Shown here one piece after another: positions 1 through 9,319 of a stretch of 32,000 nt of DNA. The stretch's first letter is position 1. Each line of letters begins with the position of its first letter. A model generated the notes under the pieces. That model was not told the DNA's origin, did no database searches, and saw only the letters and a program-made list of their open reading frames with translations. Position numbers and translations under genes: made by a program. This stretch comes from Limnohabitans sp. 15K (GTDB lineage Bacteria; Pseudomonadota; Gammaproteobacteria; Burkholderiales; Burkholderiaceae_C). The stretch covers positions 110,529 through 142,528 of the forward strand of contig NZ_NESM01000001.1 of assembly GCF_002778285.1 (NCBI RefSeq), written 5' to 3'.

Positions 1-504
1 CAGTGCATTGAGCAACTCGCGCAAGGACATGCGGTTTTTACCGAAGAAGGTGTTGCTGGTGTCGAACACGGTTTCTTGGTCGGCGTCGGTGAAACCGAAG
101 AAAGCGGGATCGAGGTCAGGAATGTTGGGGCGCTCGGTGCGCTTGAGGGGGTCCAGATCTGCCCAGCGTTGGCCCACGTTGCGGTAGGCGGCGATCAGCT
201 GCTGAACGGCGGTGCGCTTGCGGCCCATTTCGACGTCGGCACTGGCCAAAACGACTTTGGTGCCGCCGGCTTTGGCGCGTTCGGCAAAAGCGTTGATCAC
301 GGGCTGGTGTGGCACATCTTTGGCGTTGGAGCCATCAACGGCGGGAACGTGCTGGAGTGCATCGAAATAGTCGCGCCAAGAATCGGGCACGCTGCCTGGG
401 TTGGCCAGGTAGTTTTCGTACATCTCTTCGACGTAGGGGGTATTGCCCCCGAAGAGATGGGTATTGCCTGAATAGGCAGAGTAGACGGAATTAGTCTCGC
501 TCAT
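1..504 (-). CDS. sucA: 2-oxoglutarate dehydrogenase E1 component, N-terminal part (gene runs off the left edge)
   Basis: Reverse translation from ATG 504-502 gives MSETNSVYSAYSGNTHLFGGNTPYVEEMYENYLANPGSVPDSWRDYF..., the conserved SucA/OdhA N-terminus. GGAGG lies a few nt upstream. It is missing from the ORF track because there is no stop inside the window. The + ORF 76..471 is its antisense shadow. Confidence 0.85.
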   Translation of the reverse strand, partial: MSETNSVYSAYSGNTHLFGGNTPYVEEMYENYLANPGSVPDSWRDYFDALQHVPAVDGSNAKDVPHQPVINAFAERAKAGGTKVVLASADVEMGRKRTAVQQLIAAYRNVGQRWADLDPLKRTERPNIPDLDPAFFGFTDADQETVFDTSNTFFGKNRMSLRELLNAL

Positions 505-645
505 TTTTCGCTGACCTCCGTTTCCCTCGGGGAAACATTAGTTGGTGGATTGTTACCTTCCGCGACACGGCTGGACCGGTTGGCGGATGCGACTGTGGCA
601 GGGGAAGGGCCGGAGTACAAAGCACATTGTGCCATGGCTTGGGTA

Positions 646-2544
646 TCAGCCTTTGATCTGGTCCACGATCTGCTGTAAGGCGGCGGGGTCGTCCATGGTG
701 GTCAGGTCGCCCGGGTCACGCCCTTCGGCAACCGCCTGAATGGCCCGGCGCAACAGTTTGCCGCTGCGCGTCTTGGGCAAGGCCGAGACGAAAAACACGC
801 GAGATGGCCTCGCCACCGCGCCCAGTTGAGCATCCACCACCTTCATGACTTCGCCTTCGAGCTTGAGACGCGCCGCCGCATCGGTCAGGCCAGAAGTGTC
901 CTTGGCGATGGCAAACGCCATGGCCACCTGACCTTTGAGCTGATCGGCCACACCGACCACCGCCACTTCGGCGATGTTGGGGTGGCTGGAAATGCTTTCC
1001 TCGATCTCGCGGGTGCCCAGGCGGTGCCCTGCGACGTTGATCACGTCGTCGGTGCGGCCCAAAATGAAGAAGTAGCCGTCCTCGTCGCGCACCGCCCAGT
1101 CGAAGGTGCTGTAGACCAGTTTGTTGGGGACGGTTTTCCAATAGGTTTTGACGAAACGCTCATCGTCGCCCCAAATGGTTTGCAGGTTGCCGGGGGGCAA
1201 GGGGCCCTCGATGGTCAACACGCCCTTTTGGTTGGCGCCGGTCAACTCTTCGCCAGTCTGGTCGTCGACCAACTTGACGTTGTAGCCGTAAATCGCTTTG
1301 CCGGGCGAGCCGAACTTGCTGGGCGCTTTTTCCACGCCATTGCAAATGCTCAGGATCGGCCAGCCGGTTTCGGTCTGCCAGTAGTTGTCGATGATGGCCT
1401 TGCCGCTCAGGCCTTCCGAAATCCATTTGGCGGTCGGCTCGTCCAGCGGCTCGCCCGCCAGGAAGAGTGCCTGCAGGCTCGACAAGTCGTACTTGGACAG
1501 CAGCGCAGGGTCTTGCTTTTTGAGCACACGAATCGCCGTGGGCGCGCTGAACATGACCTGCACCTTGTACTTCTCGACCAAGCTCCACCAAATGCCGCCG
1601 TCTGGGCGAATCGGCAGGCCTTCGTACAAGATGGTGGCCATGCCGCCGATCAGCGGGCCGTAGATGATGTAGCTGTGGCCCACCACCCAGCCGATGTCGC
1701 TGGTGCAAAAGAAGGTGCCGCCGGGTTTGCCTTCAAACACGTTGGGGATGCTGGCGGCGAGGGCCACGGTGTAACCCCCAGTATCGCGTTGCACGCCTTT
1801 CGGTTTGCCGGTGGTTCCTGATGTGTAAAGCGTGTAACTGGGGTGCGTGGACTCCACCCACTCGCAAGGCACCACGGTATCCATCTGCTTGGTACGCTCG
1901 GTGGCGTAATCCAGATCACGTCCAGCCACGGGCGTGAAAGCGGCGAGATGGCGGTCCACCATGACCACCTTGGCTGGTTTGTGGGCAGACAACTGAATGG
2001 CTTCGTCGAGCAGTGGCTTGTAGGCCACCACCTTGCCACCGCGAGAACCGGCGTCGGCACTGATGATGACTTTTGGCGAGGCGTCTTCAATGCGGGTGGC
2101 CAGCGAGTGCGAGGCAAAACCGCCAAACACCACCGAATGGATGGCCCCCAAGCGCACACAAGCGAGCATGGCGAATGCGGCTTCGGCGATCATGGGCATG
2201 TAAATCAGCACACGATCGCCTTTGACGACGCCCAAATCCTGGAGGATGGCGGCCATGCGCTGCACTTCGGCGTGCAGCTCACGGTAGGTGTAGGTTATTT
2301 CGGTGTCGGTTTCGGTCGACACAAAGATCAAGGCAGGCTGATCGGCGCGCTCGGCCAAATGGCGGTCCACCGCGTTGTGGCACAGGTTGGTTTCCCCCCC
2401 CACAAACCACTTGGCAAAAGGTGGATTGCTGTAATCGCAGATTTGCTGGGGCTGGACTTTCCAGTCCACCAGCTTGGCCTGCTCGGCCCAGAAAGCGTCG
2501 CGGTCGTTGATCGAACGTGCGTGAAAGTCAGCAAAGCTGCCCAT
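646..2544 (-). CDS. prpE: propionate--CoA ligase (acyl-CoA synthetase family)
   Basis: Collinear with enterobacterial PrpE as I recall it (FWAEQA, WFVGGETNLCHNAVDRHL, YTSGTTGKPKGV, GHRLGTREIEE, LPKTRSGKLLRR, GDLTTMDDPAAL). AGGAGA 6 nt before the ATG at 2544 (MGSFADF) favours this start over 2568. Confidence 0.9.
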   Translation of the reverse strand: MGSFADFHARSINDRDAFWAEQAKLVDWKVQPQQICDYSNPPFAKWFVGGETNLCHNAVDRHLAERADQPALIFVSTETDTEITYTYRELHAEVQRMAAILQDLGVVKGDRVLIYMPMIAEAAFAMLACVRLGAIHSVVFGGFASHSLATRIEDASPKVIISADAGSRGGKVVAYKPLLDEAIQLSAHKPAKVVMVDRHLAAFTPVAGRDLDYATERTKQMDTVVPCEWVESTHPSYTLYTSGTTGKPKGVQRDTGGYTVALAASIPNVFEGKPGGTFFCTSDIGWVVGHSYIIYGPLIGGMATILYEGLPIRPDGGIWWSLVEKYKVQVMFSAPTAIRVLKKQDPALLSKYDLSSLQALFLAGEPLDEPTAKWISEGLSGKAIIDNYWQTETGWPILSICNGVEKAPSKFGSPGKAIYGYNVKLVDDQTGEELTGANQKGVLTIEGPLPPGNLQTIWGDDERFVKTYWKTVPNKLVYSTFDWAVRDEDGYFFILGRTDDVINVAGHRLGTREIEESISSHPNIAEVAVVGVADQLKGQVAMAFAIAKDTSGLTDAAARLKLEGEVMKVVDAQLGAVARPSRVFFVSALPKTRSGKLLRRAIQAVAEGRDPGDLTTMDDPAALQQIVDQIKG

Positions 2545-2684
2545 GAGAGTCTCCTGAATGCCTACCAAGTTGAAGCCTGAGAAGCGGGCGATGGCGTGGC
2601 ATCACCCTGCACTTCTGAATTCATAATTATGGTGAGGGGACTTGCAAGAAGCTGACTTGTGTGGGCGTGTACCCACGCATCACG

Positions 2685-3290
2685 TCATTTGAAAAGCGAT
2701 TGAAGCAACTTGAAGTCGGGATGCTCGGCGGTGCGAACCCACTCAAACGCCACCATTTCGGCGGTGACCAACTCGGCCCCTGCCCCGGCCAAGCGGTCGT
2801 AGGCGGCATCGCGGTTGCGTTCGGTGCGCGAGCTGCAGGCATCGGTCACCACCCACACCTCAAACTCGTCTTCAAGCAAATCCAAGGCGGTTTGCATCAG
2901 GCAAATGTGCGCCTCGCAGCCGGCCAGCACAATGGTTTTGCGCTCCTCGGCACCGGGCTGGGTTTTTTGCAGGTGGCGAGGCAAACTGCGTGCGTTGCCC
3001 TTTGGCGCTTGAGGCGGCTCGGGTTGCAGCCATTCGCCCAGACCTTCTTCCACGGCGCTGAACTGCATCTTGGCCAACACCTGACGGCAGTGGCTGCGAA
3101 TTTCAGGGGGCATCTCGCCCAGGCGAGACGGGTTTTGTTCCGTGCCCCAAGTGGGCACATGGAGGGCTTGGGCCAAAGTGGCCAAGCGGGCGGCATTGGC
3201 CCACACCGCGTCGGCGTCCAACATCACGGGCTTGAGACTGGCCTGAAAATCCACCAACACCAATTGGCTTTCGTCTGCATCGATCAACAT
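2685..3290 (-). CDS. isochorismatase-family (cysteine) hydrolase
   Basis: N-terminal LVLVDFQ motif and catalytic-Cys context VLAGCEAHICL. GGAG lies 6 nt upstream of ATG 3290. The longer ORF to 3353 has no better signal. Confidence 0.75.
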   Translation of the reverse strand: MLIDADESQLVLVDFQASLKPVMLDADAVWANAARLATLAQALHVPTWGTEQNPSRLGEMPPEIRSHCRQVLAKMQFSAVEEGLGEWLQPEPPQAPKGNARSLPRHLQKTQPGAEERKTIVLAGCEAHICLMQTALDLLEDEFEVWVVTDACSSRTERNRDAAYDRLAGAGAELVTAEMVAFEWVRTAEHPDFKLLQSLFK

Positions 3291-3390
3291 AAGGGCTCCA
3301 TTGAGAGTAGCCGTGATTGTCGCAGGCCCGCACTGGTACAAAGGGATGGGCATCCGTTATGCTCAGCGCCAACAATCAGCCTCTAAAAAA

Positions 3391-4098
3391 ATGAAAACAC
3401 AAATTGACCACCTGGTGGTGATGGCCTCCTCCTTGGACGAAGGCGTTCAGTGGTGCGAAGAGACGCTGGGCATCACGCCAGGCCCTGGCGGCGAACACGA
3501 AAAATACGGCACCCACAACCGCCTGTTCAAAATCGCCTCGCCCAAATTCCCATTGGCTTATCTTGAAATCATCGCCATCAACCCCGCGGCCGTGATCCCC
3601 AAGCGCTCCCAAGTGCCGCGCTGGTTCGACATGGACAACGCCGCTTTGCAAAAAGCCATCGCACAAGGCCCTCGGCTCATCCACTTTGTCAGCAGCACCG
3701 ACGACGTGAAAGCCGCCCGCCATGTGCTGCGCACCCAAGGCATTGAGCGCGGACAAGTCGTGCACGCCAGCCGCAAGTCGGGCAAAGGCACCCTGAACTG
3801 GCAAATCACCGTGCGCGAAGACGGTGAACGCCTGTTCGACGGCACCTTGCCCACCTTGATCCAATGGGGCAAACCCGACGCCACCGACCCGCTGCGCCTG
3901 CACCCTCGCAACAGCCTGCCGCGCTCAGGCGTGACGCTGCAAAGCCTGAGCGTGAGCCACCCGAGTGCGGCCAAGTTGCAAGCCGCTTACCAATCCATTG
4001 GGCTGGAAGGCATCGCCATTGAGGCGGGCGAAGCCAATTTGGTGGCCACGCTGCAAACCCCCAAAGGCCTGGTGCAACTGCAAAGCTTGGGGCTTTGA
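3391..4098 (+). CDS. VOC/glyoxalase-like domain protein
   Basis: MKTQIDHLVVMASSLDEG...AYLEIIAINP is typical of the glyoxalase-like VOC family. I moved the start to ATG 3391, because the upstream part of ORF 3301.. overlaps the divergent gene. Confidence 0.65.
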   Translation: MKTQIDHLVVMASSLDEGVQWCEETLGITPGPGGEHEKYGTHNRLFKIASPKFPLAYLEIIAINPAAVIPKRSQVPRWFDMDNAALQKAIAQGPRLIHFVSSTDDVKAARHVLRTQGIERGQVVHASRKSGKGTLNWQITVREDGERLFDGTLPTLIQWGKPDATDPLRLHPRNSLPRSGVTLQSLSVSHPSAAKLQAAYQSIGLEGIAIEAGEANLVATLQTPKGLVQLQSLGL

Positions 4099-4108
4099 AG
4101 AAGACGCC

Positions 4109-5326
4109 TCAGGCCACAATGCCTTGCTCTCGCAGCGCCTTGATTTGCGCCGCACTCAAGCCCATGCCTGCCAGCACCGCATCGCTGTCCTGACCGACAG
4201 CCGGCGCATTGCGGCGGTGACCACCCGGGGTGCGTGACAGCTTGGGCACGATGCCCGGCACCAGCAAATCACTCCCGTCGTCCATGTGCACCGTTTGCAG
4301 CATGTCCCGCGCTTGGTAGTGGGCGTCTTGCGCGATGTCGGCCACGGTGTAGATGCGCCCAGCCGGCACGCTGGCGCGGTCCAGCGCGGCCAATACCTCG
4401 TCCACCGTGTGTTGCGCGGCCCAGTGTCCAATCACCCCATCGATTTCAGCAACCCGTGCCACGCGGCCGGTGTTGTCCTTCAGGCCAGGGTCTTGCGCCA
4501 AATCGTCGCGGCCAATCTCGGCCATCAGGCGTTTGAAAATGCTGTCACCATTGCCCGCAATCAGGGCATAACCGCCGTCCTTGCACAGGTAAGCGTTGCT
4601 CGGCGCAATGCCCGGCAAGGCGCTGCCAGCGGGTCCGCGCACTGCGCCAAAAGCGCTGTACTCGGGCAGTAGGCTTTCCATGCAATTGAACATGGCTTCG
4701 TACAAAGCCACGTCGATCACCTGCCCCCTGCCTGAGGTCTTGCGCTCGTGCAGCGCCAGCAAAATGCCAATCACGCCGTGCAAAGCCGCCAGCGTGTCGC
4801 CCAAGCTGATGCCCACACGCACTGGCACGCGTCCCGGCTCTGCAGTCAGGTGGCGAATGCCGCCCATGGCCTCACCCACCACGCCAAAACCCGGACGGTC
4901 GCGGTAAGGGCCAGTCTGGCCGTAGCCGCTCACTCGCAGCATGATCAAGCGCGGGTTGAGGGCCAGCAAATCGTCAGGCCCCAAACCCCATTTTTCCATC
5001 GCACCCGGTCGAAAATTCTCAATCAGCACGTCGCTCTCGGCGGCCAGTTGGCGCACGATGTCTTGGGCAGCGGACTGCTTCAAGTCCAGCGCCAAAGACT
5101 GTTTGTTGCGCGACTGCACCTGCCACCAGACCGATGTGCCGTCCTTGATCAAACGCCATTGGCGCAAGGGGTCACCCGCACCGGGCGGCTCGATCTTGAC
5201 CACATCGGCCCCGAAGTCGGCCAAGGTTTTGGCGGCAAAGGGACCGGCAATCAGCTGACCCAGTTCAAGAACTTTGAGACCAGCCAGCGGTCCAGTGGAA
5301 GGTAAAAAAGCTTTGGCGGTGGTCAT
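4109..5326 (-). CDS. family III CoA-transferase (CaiB/BaiF family)
   Basis: The 405-aa ORF has the N-terminal signature LAGLKVLELGQLIAGPFAAKTLADFGADVVKIEPP and ENFRPG. Its ATG overlaps the stop of the upstream ORF (ATGA at 5323-5326). Confidence 0.85.
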   Translation of the reverse strand: MTTAKAFLPSTGPLAGLKVLELGQLIAGPFAAKTLADFGADVVKIEPPGAGDPLRQWRLIKDGTSVWWQVQSRNKQSLALDLKQSAAQDIVRQLAAESDVLIENFRPGAMEKWGLGPDDLLALNPRLIMLRVSGYGQTGPYRDRPGFGVVGEAMGGIRHLTAEPGRVPVRVGISLGDTLAALHGVIGILLALHERKTSGRGQVIDVALYEAMFNCMESLLPEYSAFGAVRGPAGSALPGIAPSNAYLCKDGGYALIAGNGDSIFKRLMAEIGRDDLAQDPGLKDNTGRVARVAEIDGVIGHWAAQHTVDEVLAALDRASVPAGRIYTVADIAQDAHYQARDMLQTVHMDDGSDLLVPGIVPKLSRTPGGHRRNAPAVGQDSDAVLAGMGLSAAQIKALREQGIVA

Positions 5327-5823
5327 GGTTTGGCAAATTCAGCATCCACCCAGGCTTGGGCGGTCTGACGGTTGAGTTTGAAGCTGGCGGCGACCTTGAC
5401 CTCGGCCAAAGCATCGCCGCTTTCGTCCTGCGCACTCAGCATGGCGTAGGGGTTGTCCTCGTCGGGCACGATGCGCAACAACACCGTGATGCGACTGTCT
5501 TGGCCATTGACGGTGACGCTTTGGTTCAGCTGCGCATGCAACTGCTGCTCGCTGCGGCGCACAAATTCGCTGGCGGTTTTCACCAAGGTGATGAAGGCCG
5601 AGCCGTCAAGCGGCTTGGGGTTCTTTTTGTCGCGGCCCATGGTCCAAGGCCCCACGAGCGCTGGTTCGCTCTCGCCATCTTTGTACATGGCCACGGCCCA
5701 ACCGTCGTCATCGTCGTTTTTGATGACCTGGGCAGTCCACTTCTCGTTTTGCCAACGGCGTGGCTCTTGCACCAGGGGCTGGTCTTGCATCTCTTGCAGG
5801 TCTGGGGGGTTGTCGTTCATCAT
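5323..5823 (-). CDS. hypothetical protein (acidic, no recognisable domain)
   Basis: The ORF 5323..5844 opens with TTG. The first ATG pair is at 5823/5820. The ORF is translationally coupled to the CoA-transferase gene and its codon usage matches the host. Confidence 0.5.
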   Translation of the reverse strand: MMNDNPPDLQEMQDQPLVQEPRRWQNEKWTAQVIKNDDDDGWAVAMYKDGESEPALVGPWTMGRDKKNPKPLDGSAFITLVKTASEFVRRSEQQLHAQLNQSVTVNGQDSRITVLLRIVPDEDNPYAMLSAQDESGDALAEVKVAASFKLNRQTAQAWVDAEFAKP

Positions 5824-5863
5824 TTTCTTCACATCAAGCGCCAATCATGCCTCAAGGCCGACC

Positions 5864-7933
5864 TCAAGGTCGCAGGTGCAAAGCCAGCAAAAGCACCTGG
5901 CTGGCCCCCTGCTCGCGCAAGAGCGCTGCCGCCACCGTCGCCGTCCAGCGTGTGCGCACATCGGTGACCACCAGCAGCACCGGCCCAGCGGGCATGGCGG
6001 CATCGGGTGCCAAGCCAATGGCAGACTCCAGATGCATCACCACGGGGGTGGAAGCCGCGTCGTCCGGCGTAGGCCCGCCCGACCAGCTGAACACGTCGTG
6101 CAAAGGCAGACGGCCCTTTTGGGCGATGAACTCGGCCAAGCGCCGGTTAGAAGCCATGTCGGGTGCAGGCATGGGCACCACACACACCGGGCGGCCAGGC
6201 CAGGTCTTGGCCCAGCGCCCGAGCAAGGCCACGGCCCCCGCCAAGATTTCAGCAGGCACATCCCCGGGCGCAGCGGTGCGCAAAGCCTGCAGCTCGGCCA
6301 CCCAAGCCGGGTCGTCGGCAAAAGCGACAGCGCGACCCACATCAAAACCTCGGATCGTCCCCTTGCGCCCCACCCCACTGGGCCAACGTTTGCGTGGCTC
6401 GATGTCCACGTCCATGCCGCGCAAAAAGTCTCGGGCGGCGATCATTTTTTCGGGTGAAGGCGCAAGGCCCGGAAACGGCACATGCCCGGTGCACACCGAG
6501 CAGCGCCCGCAGGGCGCTGGCGAAGGGTCGTCCAGCGCGGTTTGCAAATAGGCCATTAGGCAACCTTGGCCATGGGCGTACTGGCGCATGATGCTGGCCT
6601 CTTGCTGGCGCACTTGAGCCAACGCCGTCCATTTGGCGGTGTCGTGCACATAGGGCACGCCCGTGAAACGCCAATACGTTCCCGACTTTTCGACCACGCC
6701 TTCCACCGCCAGAATTTTCAGCAGCGCCTCCAGCCGCCCCCGGCGCACGCCCGTGTCGGCTTCGATCTCGATCAGGCTGCATTCGTCACTGCCCAGGCTT
6801 TGCAAGACCTTGTCAGCGGTCTGCGGGTCTGGAATCGACGCAGTGGCAAAGTAATCCCAAATGCGCTCATCGGCATCCGACGGCAACAACACCCCTTCGG
6901 CATGCGCCACCGCCCTGCCCGCCCGCCCCACCTGCTGGTAATAGGCCACCGGGGTCGAGGGCGAACCCACATGCACACAAAAGCCCAAATCCGGTTTGTC
7001 GTAACCCATACCCAGCGCCGAGGTGGCCACCACCGCCTTGACCTGGTTGTGGCGCAAACGGTCCTCCACCTTCAGGCGGGTGTCGGCGTCGATCTGCCCG
7101 CTGTAGGCATCCACCGCATGACCGCAACTGCGCAAAAAAGCCGTCAGCCGATCGGCCTCGGCCACCGTCAGCACATACACAATGCCCGAACCGGGCAACT
7201 GCTCCAAGGCGTCGGCAATCCAGGCGTAGCGCTGCAAAGGCGACAAACCGGGTACCACCGACAGCGTGAGCGAAGTGCGGGCCAGCGTGCCGCGAAAAGT
7301 GACTGTGCCAGCGCCGAGTTGCTTGCCAATGTCCAAAGTCACCCGCTCGTTGGCCGTGGCCGTGGTGGCCAGCACGCTGGCGGTGGGCGTGGACAAGAGC
7401 GCCCGCGCCAGCCGCTGGTAGTCGGGCCGAAAGTCAAAACCCCAGTCGCTGATGCAATGCGCCTCGTCGATCACGATCAGTCCCACCCGCGCCAGCAAAG
7501 CGCCCAGCCGCGCCGCAAAGCGCGGGTTGCCCAGCCGCTCGGGCGAAACCAGCAGCACGTCAATCGCGTCGTCGTCCAGCCGCTGAAACACCTCGTCCCA
7601 GTCGTCGATGTTGGTGGAGTTCACGGTGGCCGCCTTCAGCCCCGCCCTCTCGGCCGCACTGACCTGATCGCGCATGAGTGCCAGCAGCGGCGACACGACC
7701 AACGTGGGCCCCGCGCCCTTGCTGCGGATGGCGTGCGTGGCCGCCCAATACAACGCCGACTTGCCCCAGCCCGTGGCCTGCACCACCAGCACGCGCGACG
7801 CCAGTTGGAGCACAGCGTGCACGGCATCTACCTGGTCGGCACGCGGCACCGCACCTGGCCCGGCCAGGCGAGCCAGGATGGTGTGCATGTGGTGTTCTGC
7901 AAATGTGCGTTGCACAGTGTTCAAGGTTGTCAT
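5864..7933 (-). CDS. RecQ-family ATP-dependent DNA helicase with an extra C-terminal domain
   Basis: Motif I is QATGWGKS, motif II is VIDEAHCISDWGFDFRPDY, motif VI is QQVGRAGR. There is a Cys cluster PCGRCSVC. The C-terminal ~150 aa end in VLLVVTDVRTRWTATVAAALLREQGASQVLLLAL, which looks like a degenerate PRTase/ComF motif. Confidence 0.85.
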   Translation of the reverse strand: MTTLNTVQRTFAEHHMHTILARLAGPGAVPRADQVDAVHAVLQLASRVLVVQATGWGKSALYWAATHAIRSKGAGPTLVVSPLLALMRDQVSAAERAGLKAATVNSTNIDDWDEVFQRLDDDAIDVLLVSPERLGNPRFAARLGALLARVGLIVIDEAHCISDWGFDFRPDYQRLARALLSTPTASVLATTATANERVTLDIGKQLGAGTVTFRGTLARTSLTLSVVPGLSPLQRYAWIADALEQLPGSGIVYVLTVAEADRLTAFLRSCGHAVDAYSGQIDADTRLKVEDRLRHNQVKAVVATSALGMGYDKPDLGFCVHVGSPSTPVAYYQQVGRAGRAVAHAEGVLLPSDADERIWDYFATASIPDPQTADKVLQSLGSDECSLIEIEADTGVRRGRLEALLKILAVEGVVEKSGTYWRFTGVPYVHDTAKWTALAQVRQQEASIMRQYAHGQGCLMAYLQTALDDPSPAPCGRCSVCTGHVPFPGLAPSPEKMIAARDFLRGMDVDIEPRKRWPSGVGRKGTIRGFDVGRAVAFADDPAWVAELQALRTAAPGDVPAEILAGAVALLGRWAKTWPGRPVCVVPMPAPDMASNRRLAEFIAQKGRLPLHDVFSWSGGPTPDDAASTPVVMHLESAIGLAPDAAMPAGPVLLVVTDVRTRWTATVAAALLREQGASQVLLLALHLRP

Positions 7934-9120
7934 GCCTGCGCGTCCGTTGGGGCCTCTTCAGGCAAAGTGGCCAACAAAGCCATGCCCAGCAGCATCACCC
8001 CGGCGGTCAACCACAGCGCTCCCTTAAAGGTGCCGGTGGCCTGCGCCATGGCCCCGGCCACCACGGGCGCGATCACCTGCGCTGCGCCATAACTCAAGGT
8101 CAATCGGGCCATGGCTTTGCCGGGGTTGTACGGTGCTCGCCGCCCCACCAGGGCCAGCGTCAAGCTCACAATGCCAATGAAAGTGCCGCCATAGCCCAAG
8201 GCACCGCACAAAGCAGCGGCCAAAGAGCCCGACAGCGCGGGCAAGATGACGGACACGGTTTGCAAGCCAAAGGCCAACAACAAAGCCCGTGTGTCGCCCA
8301 CACGCCGGGCCACCTTGTCCCACAGAAAAACGGTGGGCATGGCTGCCAAACCCACCAAAGCCCAGGCCAGTGCGCCCTGCCCGGCCAAAGCCGGTTCGCG
8401 CTCGACAATGGCCACGGTGAAGGTGGCGCTGATCACAAAACCCCAACCCGCCGCAAAGTAGCTGCCCGCCATGGTCAGCATCCAGCGGCGAGAGACTTTG
8501 TGAACCGCCTGTGCTGCCGTTGCTGCAGACGTTGCAGGCGGGACGGGTGGCCGCCACAACCAAGCCGGCACAAAAAACACCAGCCCGATCGCCGCCATGG
8601 CCAGCCACTGCTGCGACCACAGCGTCCAGATTTGCGACACGCCCCATGCCCCAAGCGCCGACACCACAATGCCCAAGCCCAGACCAATGAAATGCACGCC
8701 CAGCTCGGGCCGTCGACCTTGCCGCATCAGCCAACCCAAGACCAAACCGGCGCCCAACAGCATGCCGGTGGCCCCACACAAGCCGCCCAGATAGCGCCAC
8801 AGTGCCCAAGCAGGCATCCAAGTGGACAGCGCCATCCCCGCCACAGTGAGCAGCGACAGCCAAAGCCCCATACCGTAGAGGCGGTGCCGCCAGCGGACAT
8901 CGTCGATCCAGGCTGCGGCCAAAGCGCCGGAGATGTAACCCGCGTAATGGATGGCTGCCAAGCCCCCGGCTGCGGCATCGCTCAGGCCGGTTTGCAATTG
9001 AAGCTGGGGCAACAAGGGGGTGAAGGCAAAACGGGCCAGTCCGATGCTCAGGACCAAGCCACAAATACCGCCGACGATGACTTGCCAGGGTTGCAGGGTG
9101 GCGGAAGAAGCTTTGAACAT
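7930..9120 (-). CDS. MFS transporter (YbfB/YjiJ-like)
   Basis: The 396-aa protein is highly hydrophobic with about 12 predicted TM segments. ATG is at 9120. Its stop overlaps the helicase start (ATGA at 7930-7933). Confidence 0.8.
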   Translation of the reverse strand: MFKASSATLQPWQVIVGGICGLVLSIGLARFAFTPLLPQLQLQTGLSDAAAGGLAAIHYAGYISGALAAAWIDDVRWRHRLYGMGLWLSLLTVAGMALSTWMPAWALWRYLGGLCGATGMLLGAGLVLGWLMRQGRRPELGVHFIGLGLGIVVSALGAWGVSQIWTLWSQQWLAMAAIGLVFFVPAWLWRPPVPPATSAATAAQAVHKVSRRWMLTMAGSYFAAGWGFVISATFTVAIVEREPALAGQGALAWALVGLAAMPTVFLWDKVARRVGDTRALLLAFGLQTVSVILPALSGSLAAALCGALGYGGTFIGIVSLTLALVGRRAPYNPGKAMARLTLSYGAAQVIAPVVAGAMAQATGTFKGALWLTAGVMLLGMALLATLPEEAPTDAQA

Positions 9121-9319
9121 GTTCGGGGCATGTTAACGGTGCGTGTCGCCAAGATGCGTCACTTTCGCGGCCCCAGAGACGCCGAAAAATCGAGAAATAC
9201 TTTTAATTTCGAGGATTTTTATGGATTTTCATCAAAATCGTCTGAAACATCCCCAATTGGGGGTGTTCTAGGGATTTGGTTTTATCGAAAATAAAAAAAT
9301 CAATATAAAAATCAATCAG

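Noticed and set aside
76-471. A 131-aa + strand ORF at the left edge.
   Set aside because: It lies antisense to the unmistakable SucA N-terminus encoded on the minus strand (1..504).
520-536. The hairpin GTTTCCC-TCG-GGGAAAC in the sucA leader. A similar GC hairpin, GCCCCG-CCCT-CGGGGC, follows smpB at 28367-28382.
   Set aside because: There is no adjacent U-tract and no recognisable riboswitch or attenuator context. Such hairpins are probably incidental in GC-rich DNA.
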